Shown piece after piece: positions 1 through 9,693 of a DNA stretch of 64,000 bases. The position numbers were made by a program, and so were the translations under genes. Location: the NCBI GenBank assembly GCA_022842995.1, contig JALHOM010000005.1:6503-70502 (forward strand), read 5' to 3'. The DNA comes from Candidatus Saccharimonadota bacterium (GTDB lineage: Bacteria; Patescibacteriota; Saccharimonadia; Saccharimonadales; 2-12-FULL-41-12). Each line of letters opens with the position of its first letter. Position 1 is the first letter of the stretch. A model generated the notes under the pieces. That model had not been told where the DNA came from. It saw nothing but the letters and a program-made list of their open reading frames with translations, and did not search any database.

Positions 1-10
1 GCCATTGATT

Positions 11-478
11 ATGAAAAAGATATTTAGAAAATTTGCAGCCAAGATCTCTGTGTTGGTCGGTTCGGCGAATGCATTTTTGCTGGCCCTTTTGATCGTGATA
101 ATCTGGGCGACAACCGGTCCAGCTTTTGATTTTTCGGATACGTGGCAGCTAGTTATTAATACGAGCACGACGATTGTAACGTTTTTGATGGTTTTTTTAA
201 TTCAAAATACCCAGAATCGAGACGCAAAGGCCATGCAACTTAAGCTGGATGAGCTTATTCGATCTACTACCGCACGTAACGTTTTCGTAGATCTAGAAGA
301 AATGAGCGATGAAGAGTTGGCGCAACTAGATAAAGAATTTCAGGCAATCCACGAAAAACAGGCATCAACGAAAATCATGGTCAAGCTTCATCAGTCTATC
401 AAGCTGGAACACGAGCGGCGTCGTAAGGGCGTTTTATCACCAGCGTCCATAAATGAATTTTTGCATAAAAAGATTTAG
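11..478 (+). CDS. low-affinity iron permease family membrane protein (Fet4/PF04120-like)
   Basis: ORF 5..478. It has two hydrophobic helices and the FLIQNTQNRD...LKLDELI pattern typical of this family, followed by a charged tail. ATG at 11 is preferred over TTG at 5. Confidence 0.6.
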   Translation: MKKIFRKFAAKISVLVGSANAFLLALLIVIIWATTGPAFDFSDTWQLVINTSTTIVTFLMVFLIQNTQNRDAKAMQLKLDELIRSTTARNVFVDLEEMSDEELAQLDKEFQAIHEKQASTKIMVKLHQSIKLEHERRRKGVLSPASINEFLHKKI

Positions 479-780
479 AACCAGAGCCTCTTATAAGATA
501 AGTTAAAGAATATTCTTGACAAGCATAAGCGCTATGTGTAATTATGTGATGGTTTGAAAAGTTTAACCAAAAAATTACGTTAAACGACGAAAAGTTAACA
601 ATAAACATTATTTAAAAAAACTAAGTGAGGCGAAGCATTATTGCTTCCCACGCGCAAATTGAGACGTGCGCCTGGTAGATCCTTTTTGGAGTTTGGACAT
701 ATTATGCCGGTTAAAATCCGATACGTTTCGAGTTCGACGTCTATTGATGTTGAAGTGGTGCGACCTAAGTGGCTGGAGTA

Positions 781-1230
781 TCTTTCGTATTAGAAAATAG
801 GAATTAGATTAAAGTTGAAAGATTAAAGACTAAATATAAGAAGAGTTATGAGTCATGAGTTATGAGTTAAGATTCGCCTTCGGCGAAAGGGGCTCGTAGC
901 TAGCCGCTAGTAACTAGTATCTAGCAACTAATTTCTAGTTTCTCGTTGCTCTCCTTAATCTTTTGTCTTTAATCTTTAATCTAGTTCCTCATAACTCTAA
1001 ATTAGAAATTCGAAAATAGAAATTTGGAATTAGAGTAAAGGCTAAAGATACTTAAACAGCAGCTACTCTTGTCTCTTATCTCTTATCTCATGACTCTAGA
1101 TCAGAAATTTGAAATTTGAAATTAGAAATTCGCAGATATCAAATAAGCTATTGCTAACCACAACCGAATAAAACATACTCAGCGAGTTTCTAGTTTCTTT
1201 CGCTGTACAGCGAATTCTAGTTCCTAGTTT
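781..1230. repeat. dense array of short 'word' repeats in both orientations within a ~750-bp non-coding gap
   Basis: AGATTAAAG (x5 in both orientations), GAGTYATGAG/CTCATRACTC (x6), GAAATTWGAAAT/CTAGTTTC (x8), the hairpin TTCGCC-TTC-GGCGAA (873-887) and the palindrome TTCGCTGTACAGCGAA (1199-1214). Confidence 0.85.
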
Positions 1231-1884
1231 CTATTGCTGGGAGGATTTGGCGATTTCATCGTCGATGATTTTCTTGAATTCGTCGAGAGACTGAGGGTTT
1301 TTGTCGATTTTGCGGCCATTTATTATGAAGGTTGGGGTGGAATTAACGTTTGCGTCTTTGCCTGCCTTTAGGTCGGCGTTTATTGCTCCGGATACAGCTT
1401 CGCTTTGCATGTCGCTTTTTAGCTGGTCGACGTTTAGACCAAGCTGTGAGCCGTACGATACGAACTGCTCGGTTGGGTCGGAAGAGCTTTTCCAGGAGTC
1501 TTGCTGCTCAAATAATAAATCATGCATCTCAAAGAACTTGCCTTGCTTGCTGGCTGCTTCAGCGGCACGTGAGGCGATGTAGGCATTAGGATGTATCTGA
1601 ACTAACGGGAAGTGTCGGAATTGGAACTTGATCTGATCGCCGTAGTCAGCTTTGATCTGCTTAACGAGAGGGTGAAATAAAGCACAGGCCGGACATTGAA
1701 AATCTTCATACGCGACAATCGTGACATTTTTTTCACCTTTACCGACGACATGTTCTGTGGCGCTCGTAGCGCTCGAGTTTGACGATGAGTCTCCGTTGGA
1801 ATTCTTGTCTTTGCTGGTGAGCATTAAGATACCAAAAAGACCGAGGATAATAACGGCCAAGATAGCCAAAAATTGTTTATTCAT
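1231..1884 (-). CDS. DsbA-family thiol:disulfide oxidoreductase, membrane-anchored
   Basis: N-terminal TM/signal segment, thioredoxin-fold CPAC active site (FQCPACALFHP) and a DsbA-like helical insertion. Confidence 0.8.
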   Translation of the reverse strand: MNKQFLAILAVIILGLFGILMLTSKDKNSNGDSSSNSSATSATEHVVGKGEKNVTIVAYEDFQCPACALFHPLVKQIKADYGDQIKFQFRHFPLVQIHPNAYIASRAAEAASKQGKFFEMHDLLFEQQDSWKSSSDPTEQFVSYGSQLGLNVDQLKSDMQSEAVSGAINADLKAGKDANVNSTPTFIINGRKIDKNPQSLDEFKKIIDDEIAKSSQQ

Positions 1885-1953
1885 TGATTCTCCATAAACT
1901 CATTAATCTAAATGTATATCTATAATACCAAGAATTGCTGTACTATAAACAGT

Positions 1954-2943
1954 ATGATGACGCTTGCGCTTGCGTTAACTCTTATAATGATGGTTTTTAG
2001 GGCTGCTGCAGTCCAAATATCCAGACTGTCGCTACATGACCTAAAACGTCGTTCTTCATCTGGAGATACAGTTGCTCGGCGATTATTTTTAGTAGCGCGT
2101 TATCATGTTTTGGCGCCGGGTTATCTTAATGCCGTGGCAGTTGTGATTTTTGTGTTTTTGGCTGCTTACATTTCAGCTAATTCGCCATTGACCGCCTCCA
2201 TGCTTTGGATCGGGCTTATGATCGGCGCCTTTTATGGTGCTGCGCAGCTGGCGCGCTTCATGGTGCGACCGTTGGTTCTCGTGGCTCCACAGTATGCCTC
2301 GGTGATTATTTTTACCCGTAAATATCTCTCTCCTCTGAGGGCAGTCTGGCAACGTTACGCTGGATCGTCAGGTTCGGTAAAGGTTTATGGTCGAGAAGAT
2401 CTCGTAGATTTACTCCAGGCAGCGGGCAAGGCAAAAAACGGTGGACTTACCAAAAAAGAGGTCAAAATGTCTGTAGCCGCCTTGACGTTTAAAGATAAGC
2501 TGGTGCGAGATGTCATGACGCCACGGAAAGTGGTTAAATTCGTTGAAGTCGATCAGCAGGTCAGCACAGTATTGCTCAATGAGCTTCATGAAAGTGGCTT
2601 TTCGCGCTTTCCGGTCACGAGTGGAAACGTTGATGTTATTGTCGGCACACTTTATTTGAAAGATCTTGTAGAACAAAAACGCGAGGGCAAAGTCTCTACG
2701 CTTATGAGTCCGGATTATTTTGAAATAGCTCCCGATAAAAATTTGTTCGAGGCTCTCGGGTTGTTTCTTAAGCGACGTCATCATCTATTTGTCGTTCGGA
2801 ATGAATTTTCAGAAGTCGTTGGCGTAATAACCATCGAAGATGTGCTCGAGCAGCTGGTTGATGCTGAAATTATCGATGAATCAGACGTTCATGAAGATAT
2901 GCGTGAACTAGCTCTCGAAGCGGAACCAAGTATACGGAAATAG
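1954..2943 (+). CDS. CNNM/DUF21 transmembrane domain + CBS-pair protein (HlyC/CorC family transporter, lacks the CorC_HlyC C-terminal domain)
   Basis: Four N-terminal TM helices followed by a tandem CBS pair (VRDVMTPR...; VVGVITIEDVLEQL). A TATAAT at 1921-1926 favours the ATG at 1954 over the ORF start at 1912. Confidence 0.75.
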   Translation: MMTLALALTLIMMVFRAAAVQISRLSLHDLKRRSSSGDTVARRLFLVARYHVLAPGYLNAVAVVIFVFLAAYISANSPLTASMLWIGLMIGAFYGAAQLARFMVRPLVLVAPQYASVIIFTRKYLSPLRAVWQRYAGSSGSVKVYGREDLVDLLQAAGKAKNGGLTKKEVKMSVAALTFKDKLVRDVMTPRKVVKFVEVDQQVSTVLLNELHESGFSRFPVTSGNVDVIVGTLYLKDLVEQKREGKVSTLMSPDYFEIAPDKNLFEALGLFLKRRHHLFVVRNEFSEVVGVITIEDVLEQLVDAEIIDESDVHEDMRELALEAEPSIRK

Positions 2944-2955
2944 CCGGGCTCGTCG

Positions 2956-4785
2956 TTATTGTTTGATCTGTAGATTGAGTAGTTCTCTCGGGATGTCTAT
3001 TGTCCGGGTTGTGTTTACGCTGTCTCCCGGTAGGCCGATGCAGGTTGTTGCAATTTGCTGAGCAGTCCAGCCAGAAGCGATTGCTTTACTGAGTTCACGG
3101 AGGTTGGCGGTGTATCGATATTGTCCTGACCTGGTGAGTTGATAATAACGAGTCGAAGGCACAGTAGAGCTGTCGCATTGATAGGCCCGGGTTGATCCGA
3201 GAATTGTGCCACCTCCAAATTGATATCTCAGGAGGGTTGAGTGTGGGCTTCGTATTCGATTCAACATGGTGCTGCTACGAGTAATTCCAAAGCCCAGGGT
3301 GTCGCTGCGAGGAGAGATGGCGCTGAGTCCTGTTTTATTACTATTTTCAAATAACGCACCGATCAGTTCTTCCCAGGAAGCAGTTGGTTGCGAGGCTTTG
3401 GCAAGCCCGAGCAGGCCGCTAAAGTATGGAGTAGCAAATGATGTGCCGCTGACGGTAGCGTAGGCGCTCGAGAGGTTGGATGAGCTATAGGTTGGCGAAA
3501 CCATGGATTGTCCAGGAGCGAGAATGTCGAGATTGGCCCCGTAGCTACTAAACGTTGCAGGGGTTCCGCTTGGTGAAATGGCGCCGACCGCCAGTACCTC
3601 TGGGTAGTTGGCGGGGAAAGCTATGCAGTTACAGCCATCATTTCCGGCTGCGGCGACAACTATCGACCCGCGATCTAGAGCGTAAAGGATAGCCAGTCGC
3701 ATATAGGGGTCGTCCGCCGATGTGCCAAGACTGATACTGATAATATCTGCTCCCTGATCGGCGGCGTAACGCACAGCGTTAGATACAGTATAGGTGTCAC
3801 CGTAGCTGTCGTCGTTTAAGGCTTGCAATGGGAGAATTTTGGCGTACCAGTTGACGCCAGCTATGCCGACGCCATTATTGCCAGTAGCACCCAGTATTCC
3901 AGTAACGGTAGTACCGTGAGCTGTCCCGCTTCCCGTAGGATTGGTTTCTCCGGCTTGTGCACTGGCATCGAAGTTCGCGAAGTCCCAACCTCGCCAGTCG
4001 TCGATATAGCCGTTACCGTCATCGTCAATATTATTGCAGTTTTTGTTGAGCGGCAATCCGAGGCTGGTGCAGTTACGCTTGGAGGGGTTTTGGCGAGAAG
4101 TCGCTCCAGATTCGTTATCTACAATGCCGTCGTAGTTATCGTCAATATTATTGCAGCTTTGGTTTAGCGCAAGTCCCCGGTCGGTGCAGTTAAGGTCGTT
4201 TGCGCCTTCGCTTAACGCTATTCCGAGCTCTCCGTTATTCGTTGCCCAGCGGTTCGTGAATTCTTGGTGGTTTAGTGCAAAGCCGGTATCAATAACAGCG
4301 ATTTTTACTTGAGACGCAAAACTGGTTGCATCCCAGACGCTCGTCATGCCCATAGGGGTGACCCACCACTGATTGTAGAGCGGGTCGTTCGGTACCAAAA
4401 AAGTTTCATAAACTCGGTTTGGATAACTTTGCCCACTAGGGGTGATAATTTCTCGTGCACTGACGCTCATGCCGGCATAGGAAGTTGGTGGATTTTGAAG
4501 TATTTCTGGGTCGGAAGCTGCATTTTTATTGGCGAGTGTTGGTAACTTTGAATCAGCAGTGACCTCGTTTTTTACGGTAGCAGTAGGTATATTTTTAGTG
4601 GTCGATAAGACGCCAAGCGGATCTGATGTAGAGGGCAGGGGCAGGGGCAGGACTGATATTGCAACCGGCACAATACTTGGAGGGGTGGTTTCTGGGGTAG
4701 GCGCTGTTACATTTTGGAGCTGTAACAAGGTGGCTGCTACAACAAAGAGCGCGACAATGTGAGGAATATGGTGGATTTTTTTCAT
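2956..4785 (-). CDS. secreted subtilisin-like serine protease (peptidase S8)
   Basis: Signal peptide. Catalytic triad motifs are VKIAVIDTGF (Asp), TAHGTTVTG (His) and SGTSFATPYFSG (Ser). A duplicated Cys-flanked NCNNIDD-x-DG-x-D calcium-binding-like insert lies between the Asp and His. Confidence 0.85.
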   Translation of the reverse strand: MKKIHHIPHIVALFVVAATLLQLQNVTAPTPETTPPSIVPVAISVLPLPLPSTSDPLGVLSTTKNIPTATVKNEVTADSKLPTLANKNAASDPEILQNPPTSYAGMSVSAREIITPSGQSYPNRVYETFLVPNDPLYNQWWVTPMGMTSVWDATSFASQVKIAVIDTGFALNHQEFTNRWATNNGELGIALSEGANDLNCTDRGLALNQSCNNIDDNYDGIVDNESGATSRQNPSKRNCTSLGLPLNKNCNNIDDDGNGYIDDWRGWDFANFDASAQAGETNPTGSGTAHGTTVTGILGATGNNGVGIAGVNWYAKILPLQALNDDSYGDTYTVSNAVRYAADQGADIISISLGTSADDPYMRLAILYALDRGSIVVAAAGNDGCNCIAFPANYPEVLAVGAISPSGTPATFSSYGANLDILAPGQSMVSPTYSSSNLSSAYATVSGTSFATPYFSGLLGLAKASQPTASWEELIGALFENSNKTGLSAISPRSDTLGFGITRSSTMLNRIRSPHSTLLRYQFGGGTILGSTRAYQCDSSTVPSTRYYQLTRSGQYRYTANLRELSKAIASGWTAQQIATTCIGLPGDSVNTTRTIDIPRELLNLQIKQ

Positions 4786-4926
4786 TTTTGTTTTTAGATT
4801 TACTAAAGTTACAATACCAAATATTTAGAGAAATGTCAATATTATTGAAAGCGAAAGAGGTCTAACTGTGGTACAATGAATAGCAATTGCAAAAAACATT
4901 TTACGAGAGAGGAAGAGATTGTCGGC

Positions 4927-6231
4927 ATGCGAGTATTGAGCGACGAAGTGAGCAGTCACGTTGGTAAAAAAATTAGTATTTCTGGATGGGTGCATAAAAA
5001 GCGCTTACTTGGTGGCTTAACTTTCTTGAATATTCGTGATCGCCATGGCTTGATTCAGGTTGTTGTCCAGGATAAAAGCGAAGTCGAGAAACTTCGCGGT
5101 ATGCAGATCGGTACCGTGGTTGTTATCGAGGGAACTGTTAAGGAAGAACCCCGAGCACCAGGCGGTGCAGAGCTGCATGACCCGGTTGTGACCGTTGACG
5201 TGCCGGTTATTGACGAACCTTTGGTCGAGATTGACAAGCCCTTAAGTCATAAGTCAGAGCACCTCGATACCTTGTTTGAATATCGAGCTATTGGCCTTAG
5301 AAACCTTCAGGAAACCAAGATTTTTAAAATCCGTTCTCAGTTATTGAAATACATCCGCGAGTATCTGTATGCTCAAGATTTTGTAGAGATCAATACGCCA
5401 AAGATTGTCGCTGGTGCGGCCGAAGGTGGTGCAGAAGTCTTTAAGCTTGATTATTTTGGTCAAGAAGCAACTCTAGCCCAGAGTCCACAACTCTATAAAC
5501 AAATGATGGTGGGTGTTTTTGAACGAGTATTTGAGATCGCGCCGGCGTTTCGTGCCGAATTATCGGCTACAACCAGGCACGTATCTGAAGTTACGATGCT
5601 TGATGTAGAGATGGGATTTATTGATGGCCATGAAGACGTTCTTAAATTCCTTGAAAGCCTGCTTTACGAGGTGCTTACGCGTCTATACGCAGAAAATGAA
5701 CCCGAGCTTAAGTCTCTGAACGCTCCGGCATTGACACTGAAGTCAGAGTTTCCGCGCTACACGATGGCCGAAATCCATGAGCTATACCAGAAACACACTA
5801 AGATTGATGTGAGCAACGAGATCGATCTAACTCCAGACGAAGAGCGTTGGATTTGTGAGTATTCCAAGAAGCAGCATGGCTGTGAAGCAGTCTTCGCAAC
5901 GGGGCTACCAGCGAGCAAAATGAAGTTTTATCACATGAAAGGCGAAGGGGGCGTTGCTCTGTCGGCAGACCTGCTATTTAGAGGAATAGAGATTTCTACG
6001 GTGCCTCAGCGAGAGCATCGACTTGAGGTGTTGATCGAGCAGATGAAAGAAGCTGGCGTAGATCCTGAGAGTCAGGGTTTTGCTGCTTACGTGAGCGCTT
6101 TTCGGTATGGCCTGCCGAAACATGGTGGCTTTGGCTTCGGTATTGATCGTCTGACGGAAAAAGCAATTGGTCTCAACAACGTTAAAGAGGCTATACTCTT
6201 CCCACGTGATATCAACAGGCTTGCACCGTAG
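4927..6231 (+). CDS. aspS: aspartate--tRNA ligase, class IIb archaeal/eukaryal type
   Basis: OB-fold N-terminus; class II motifs FRAELSATTRHVSE and GGFGFGIDRL; C-terminal LFPRDINRLAP, as in archaeal-type AspRS. A GAGAGGAAGAG Shine-Dalgarno sequence precedes the ATG at 4927 (ORF opens at 4876). Confidence 0.8.
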   Translation: MRVLSDEVSSHVGKKISISGWVHKKRLLGGLTFLNIRDRHGLIQVVVQDKSEVEKLRGMQIGTVVVIEGTVKEEPRAPGGAELHDPVVTVDVPVIDEPLVEIDKPLSHKSEHLDTLFEYRAIGLRNLQETKIFKIRSQLLKYIREYLYAQDFVEINTPKIVAGAAEGGAEVFKLDYFGQEATLAQSPQLYKQMMVGVFERVFEIAPAFRAELSATTRHVSEVTMLDVEMGFIDGHEDVLKFLESLLYEVLTRLYAENEPELKSLNAPALTLKSEFPRYTMAEIHELYQKHTKIDVSNEIDLTPDEERWICEYSKKQHGCEAVFATGLPASKMKFYHMKGEGGVALSADLLFRGIEISTVPQREHRLEVLIEQMKEAGVDPESQGFAAYVSAFRYGLPKHGGFGFGIDRLTEKAIGLNNVKEAILFPRDINRLAP

Positions 6232-6332
6232 GGTATTCTTGGTAACCTAAACCCCTGTATTCGCGTAATTGTCTAGTTTTTTACACTTTTTGGCGCTACA
6301 CTAACGAGTAGTAGAGGTGCAAAAAGCGAGGG

Positions 6333-6941
6333 ATGGGTAAACAGCGAAAAGTCCGGCTTACGAAAACCACTAGTTTGTTGGCATTATTTGTTGTGGCCGC
6401 AGTGGTTAGCGTCATGGTTGGGGTTATCGTTAAATCAGATTCGAAAACATCGACGAACGAGAGTTCTGCCTCGCAGCAGGCCAAGAAGTTTGAGATAAAA
6501 AAGGCTTGTGACGTTGTGTCGCAAGCGAAGGCTGTCGAATTACTCGGCGGAACTGCGGTTCTTGGCGAGTTAGGCGATTCAGCTACCGCCTCTAGTGAGG
6601 ATATTGATCTTACCAAGTGTCGCTACTTGGATTCCGAGTCGTCAAGCACGTTTTCTGGCGATACTTCTGGCAAGGAATTGTCGATCGTCGTACGGAGCCC
6701 TAAGAACGGTAGTGGCTTATCGGCAAATCAAAAAGTGTTTGACGAAGCTTTTTTGCCGCTAAATAGTGAATTAGTCGATGGTGTCGGTGAAAAAAGTTTT
6801 TGGAATAAAGAATTCGGGCAACTGAACATTCTCGACGGTCAAGGGGTTTGGTATACCGTCGAGTTTGGGTCAAGAATCAGTGCGAATCGTGCGCTAGATG
6901 AGACTAAAAGGGCTGCAGTCGAATTGCTACCGAGGCAGTGA
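6333..6941 (+). CDS. hypothetical membrane-anchored/secreted protein
   Basis: Long ORF with an N-terminal basic region and a TM helix (LLALFVVAAVVSVMVGVIV). No recognisable domain. Confidence 0.5.
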   Translation: MGKQRKVRLTKTTSLLALFVVAAVVSVMVGVIVKSDSKTSTNESSASQQAKKFEIKKACDVVSQAKAVELLGGTAVLGELGDSATASSEDIDLTKCRYLDSESSSTFSGDTSGKELSIVVRSPKNGSGLSANQKVFDEAFLPLNSELVDGVGEKSFWNKEFGQLNILDGQGVWYTVEFGSRISANRALDETKRAAVELLPRQ

Positions 6942-7053
6942 CGTATATTTTATAGCAGAAAACAATCTGGTGTAGCTGCGTTCATGTATGGTATGCTTAT
7001 GGTTGAAAGTCAAATAAAATAAAAACAATAAAAATAAGTAATAAGTTTTTCTG

Positions 7054-9663
7054 ATGGCTAAGAAACCAAAAGATAACGATGACAGTGGCATAACCTACTT
7101 CGGTGAGGCTATTGATCCTGATATTCAGAAAAAAGTCGATGACTACATGGAGCTCGAAGATGAAGTCGCGGGCGAAGCCGATAGTATTCCTGACGAGCCT
7201 CAAGTTGATTTAGGTGGTGTTGGAGTACGTGATCCCGAGGTTGAGAGCGCCCCTCTTCTGCCAACGGACAAATTACCGGATGATCTAAAGGCCGACAAGT
7301 CAGGAGTCAAAAAGTCCACTAAAGTGGCGGTCCTGCATGCGGATGAATTAGTTAAAGAAGTCGAGGACGCTGGAGCGATAGAGACTGACGCCGGTGGAAT
7401 TCCCGGCGACACTCCAGGGCTGAACGATGAGGCGGAAATACAGCCCGCGGCCGAAGAGGCTGATTTGGCTGCGGCCGAAGAACTGGTTCAATCTCAGCCG
7501 GCTAAAAAGCCAAATTCAAAGAAGATTATGGTAGCTCATGATGAGGACCCTGAAGAGAATGTAGGCCCTGATGTTGAGCCAAGCGAAGAGCCTGCGATAG
7601 ATTCTGTGGACGCGCCGGTCAAAGCTGATGAAAATGTTGCTCAAGGCGAACTTGAGCCTCAGTCGAATAAGATAAATATTCGCGTCGACGAATCTGAAAA
7701 TTCGTCCGCTGATCGGGAGCCGACAGTCGACGATGACGCCGAGGCCTCCGATGTCGTACATCTGGCGGATGAAGAAATAGAGGCTCTGTCCGACGAGCAA
7801 GATGACGACGAAGAGTTTGATCAGAATGCAACTGTTGGTGAATACCTCGATGATTTAGAAGCGAATGACGAACCTAAGGCTCCCCTGCATCAGGCTCAAG
7901 ATCTGACCGACTTTGTTCCAAAGGAATCTTCCACTATTAATTCTTCTATTCCAATGGATGACGCAGTAACCTCGCAGGCGATTGCCGATATCATGGCTAC
8001 CGACTCCGATACGTTGCTTGGTATTGAAGACAAGAATAAGAAAGAAGCGCCACCGTTAGCGGTTGAACCAAAGAAGAAGAAAAGTAAGGCGAAACGACCG
8101 AATATCTTTAAGCTTCTTTTCACGAAGCCGCTCTATAGAAATAGTCTTATTGCGGCTATTTTATTGGGTATCGGAGCTGTCGCCGCAGTTCCGGTGTCGC
8201 GTTATTATATGCTTAATGCGGCCGGCGTACGCGTTTCTACAAGTCTTAAAGTTTTAGACGAAAAAACATCCCTGCCTCTGAAAAATGTTGAGGTTACTGT
8301 TGACGGAAAAAGTTCGAAAACCGATGGCGATGGCAATGTGTCATTGAGCGGCATTCGGCTTGGCAGGCAAGAGATCGTCGTTAAAAAGCCAGCTTTTGCC
8401 GAACTGAAGAAAACACATGTCTTAGGCTGGGGGAGTAACCCATTAGGTGATTACCGTATTGCTCCTACTGGCATTCAGTACAGCTTCAAGTTAATCGACT
8501 GGCTTTCTGAGAGACCAATAGCCGGCGGGGAAGTGTCTTATGGAGAAGCGGTGGCAAAGATCAGCGAAAAAGGTGAGGCGGTCTTGACGTTACCTGCAGC
8601 CGAAGAAACGACTATAACCGTTGATATTAAGGGTGATAATTATCGGATCGAGAAACAAGAGGTGAAAACCACAGCCAAAGACCAGATAGTGGTTAAGCTA
8701 GTTCCAAGTAAAAAACATGTCTTTGTATCAAAGCAGAGCGGTAAATACGATCTCTATAGCGTAGATGTTGACGGCAAAAACGAAGAAGTTTTGGTGAGTG
8801 GATCGGGTGTTGAAAAGCCAGATAGTCTGGGGATCGCACTTCATCCTAAGAAGAACATGGTTGCCTATACGGCGAGTCGTGAGAACACTAGAAATCAGGA
8901 CGGTTTTGTATTGACGACACTTTACATGGTTGACCTTGAGTCTAAGGAGATTAAGAAAGTTACGCAGTCGGAAAGAATTCAGATTATTGATTGGATAGGC
9001 GATAGGTTCGTTTATGTCAAAGTGGCCCAGGGTGCGTCCGAAGCGACGCCAGATAGGAACCGGTTGGTAAGTTATGACCTGGAATCTGGTCAGGAAAAAG
9101 AGCTGGCCAGCACTAATTACTTTAATGACGTTATTTCGGCCGGCGGAGCCCTGTATTACAGCCCGGCTCAATATCAAGTTACCGGCAGTGTTGGTTTGTA
9201 TAAAATCAATGCCGATGGCAGTAACAAAAAAACAATTTTCCAAAAAGAAGTATGGAATCTCTTTAGAACTAGCTTTGACAAATTAAGCCTGTCGGTTGGC
9301 CAAGATTGGTACGAACTTACTTTGGCTAACGATAGCCTGACAAAAGTCGGCGGAGCACCAAGCGTCCTTAAATCACGGGTCTATGTGCCAGACAGTGACG
9401 GCAAACGAAATCTTTGGATTGATGAAAGAGACGGCAAGACGGTTCTTATGAATTACCAAACTGCCACTAAATCTGAACAGCCACTGATCACACAATCGGG
9501 TATTCGAAATCCTGTTCGATGGCTTGATGATGGTCATATTATCTACCGCGTGTCTGATGGCCAGGAAACGGCGGACTACGTCTACTCTATAAATGGTAGC
9601 GATCCAAAGAAAATTAGAGACGTCACCAATACGGCTGGCATTGATCGCTGGTACTATTTTTAA
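7054..9663 (+). CDS. large hypothetical protein: acidic disordered N-terminus, one TM helix, carboxypeptidase-regulatory-like and TolB/PD40-like beta-propeller region
   Basis: 869-aa ORF. About 340 aa are D/E/P-rich low-complexity sequence, followed by a TM helix (SLIAAILLGIGAVAAVPV), then beta-rich repeats (GKYDLYSVDVDGKN, DGKRNLWIDERDGK) of TolB/PD40 style. Confidence 0.55.
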   Translation: MAKKPKDNDDSGITYFGEAIDPDIQKKVDDYMELEDEVAGEADSIPDEPQVDLGGVGVRDPEVESAPLLPTDKLPDDLKADKSGVKKSTKVAVLHADELVKEVEDAGAIETDAGGIPGDTPGLNDEAEIQPAAEEADLAAAEELVQSQPAKKPNSKKIMVAHDEDPEENVGPDVEPSEEPAIDSVDAPVKADENVAQGELEPQSNKINIRVDESENSSADREPTVDDDAEASDVVHLADEEIEALSDEQDDDEEFDQNATVGEYLDDLEANDEPKAPLHQAQDLTDFVPKESSTINSSIPMDDAVTSQAIADIMATDSDTLLGIEDKNKKEAPPLAVEPKKKKSKAKRPNIFKLLFTKPLYRNSLIAAILLGIGAVAAVPVSRYYMLNAAGVRVSTSLKVLDEKTSLPLKNVEVTVDGKSSKTDGDGNVSLSGIRLGRQEIVVKKPAFAELKKTHVLGWGSNPLGDYRIAPTGIQYSFKLIDWLSERPIAGGEVSYGEAVAKISEKGEAVLTLPAAEETTITVDIKGDNYRIEKQEVKTTAKDQIVVKLVPSKKHVFVSKQSGKYDLYSVDVDGKNEEVLVSGSGVEKPDSLGIALHPKKNMVAYTASRENTRNQDGFVLTTLYMVDLESKEIKKVTQSERIQIIDWIGDRFVYVKVAQGASEATPDRNRLVSYDLESGQEKELASTNYFNDVISAGGALYYSPAQYQVTGSVGLYKINADGSNKKTIFQKEVWNLFRTSFDKLSLSVGQDWYELTLANDSLTKVGGAPSVLKSRVYVPDSDGKRNLWIDERDGKTVLMNYQTATKSEQPLITQSGIRNPVRWLDDGHIIYRVSDGQETADYVYSINGSDPKKIRDVTNTAGIDRWYYF

Positions 9664-9693
9664 CCAGTATACGATCGGTATAATTCATTTATA

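Noticed and set aside
704-793. 29-codon ORF MPVKIRYVSSSTSIDVEVVRPKWLEYLSY with a GGAG 12 nt upstream
   Set aside because: It is too short, the SD spacing is suboptimal and no conservation check is possible here. Noted only inside the finding on the 600-1230 gap.
1199-1214. Palindrome TTCGCTGTACAGCGAA as the Rho-independent terminator of the dsbA-like gene
   Set aside because: The stem would have to close on a 2-nt loop (or shrink to 5 bp), and no U-run follows on the minus strand.
781-1230. CRISPR array interpretation of the word repeats (also 14264-14345)
   Set aside because: There is no regular repeat-spacer periodicity. The repeats are 9-12 nt, occur in both orientations and directly abut one another. 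No cas genes are present in the window.
2410-2784. Long antisense or out-of-frame ORFs inside well-supported genes (e.g. 2410..2784, 3823..4167, 8728..9243, 19612..20058, 23503..23940, 42953..43273, 47155..47796, 59488..59823)
   Set aside because: Each is fully nested in a gene with clear family motifs on the other strand or in another frame. Their composition is low-complexity or Arg/Ser-rich, typical of shadow ORFs.
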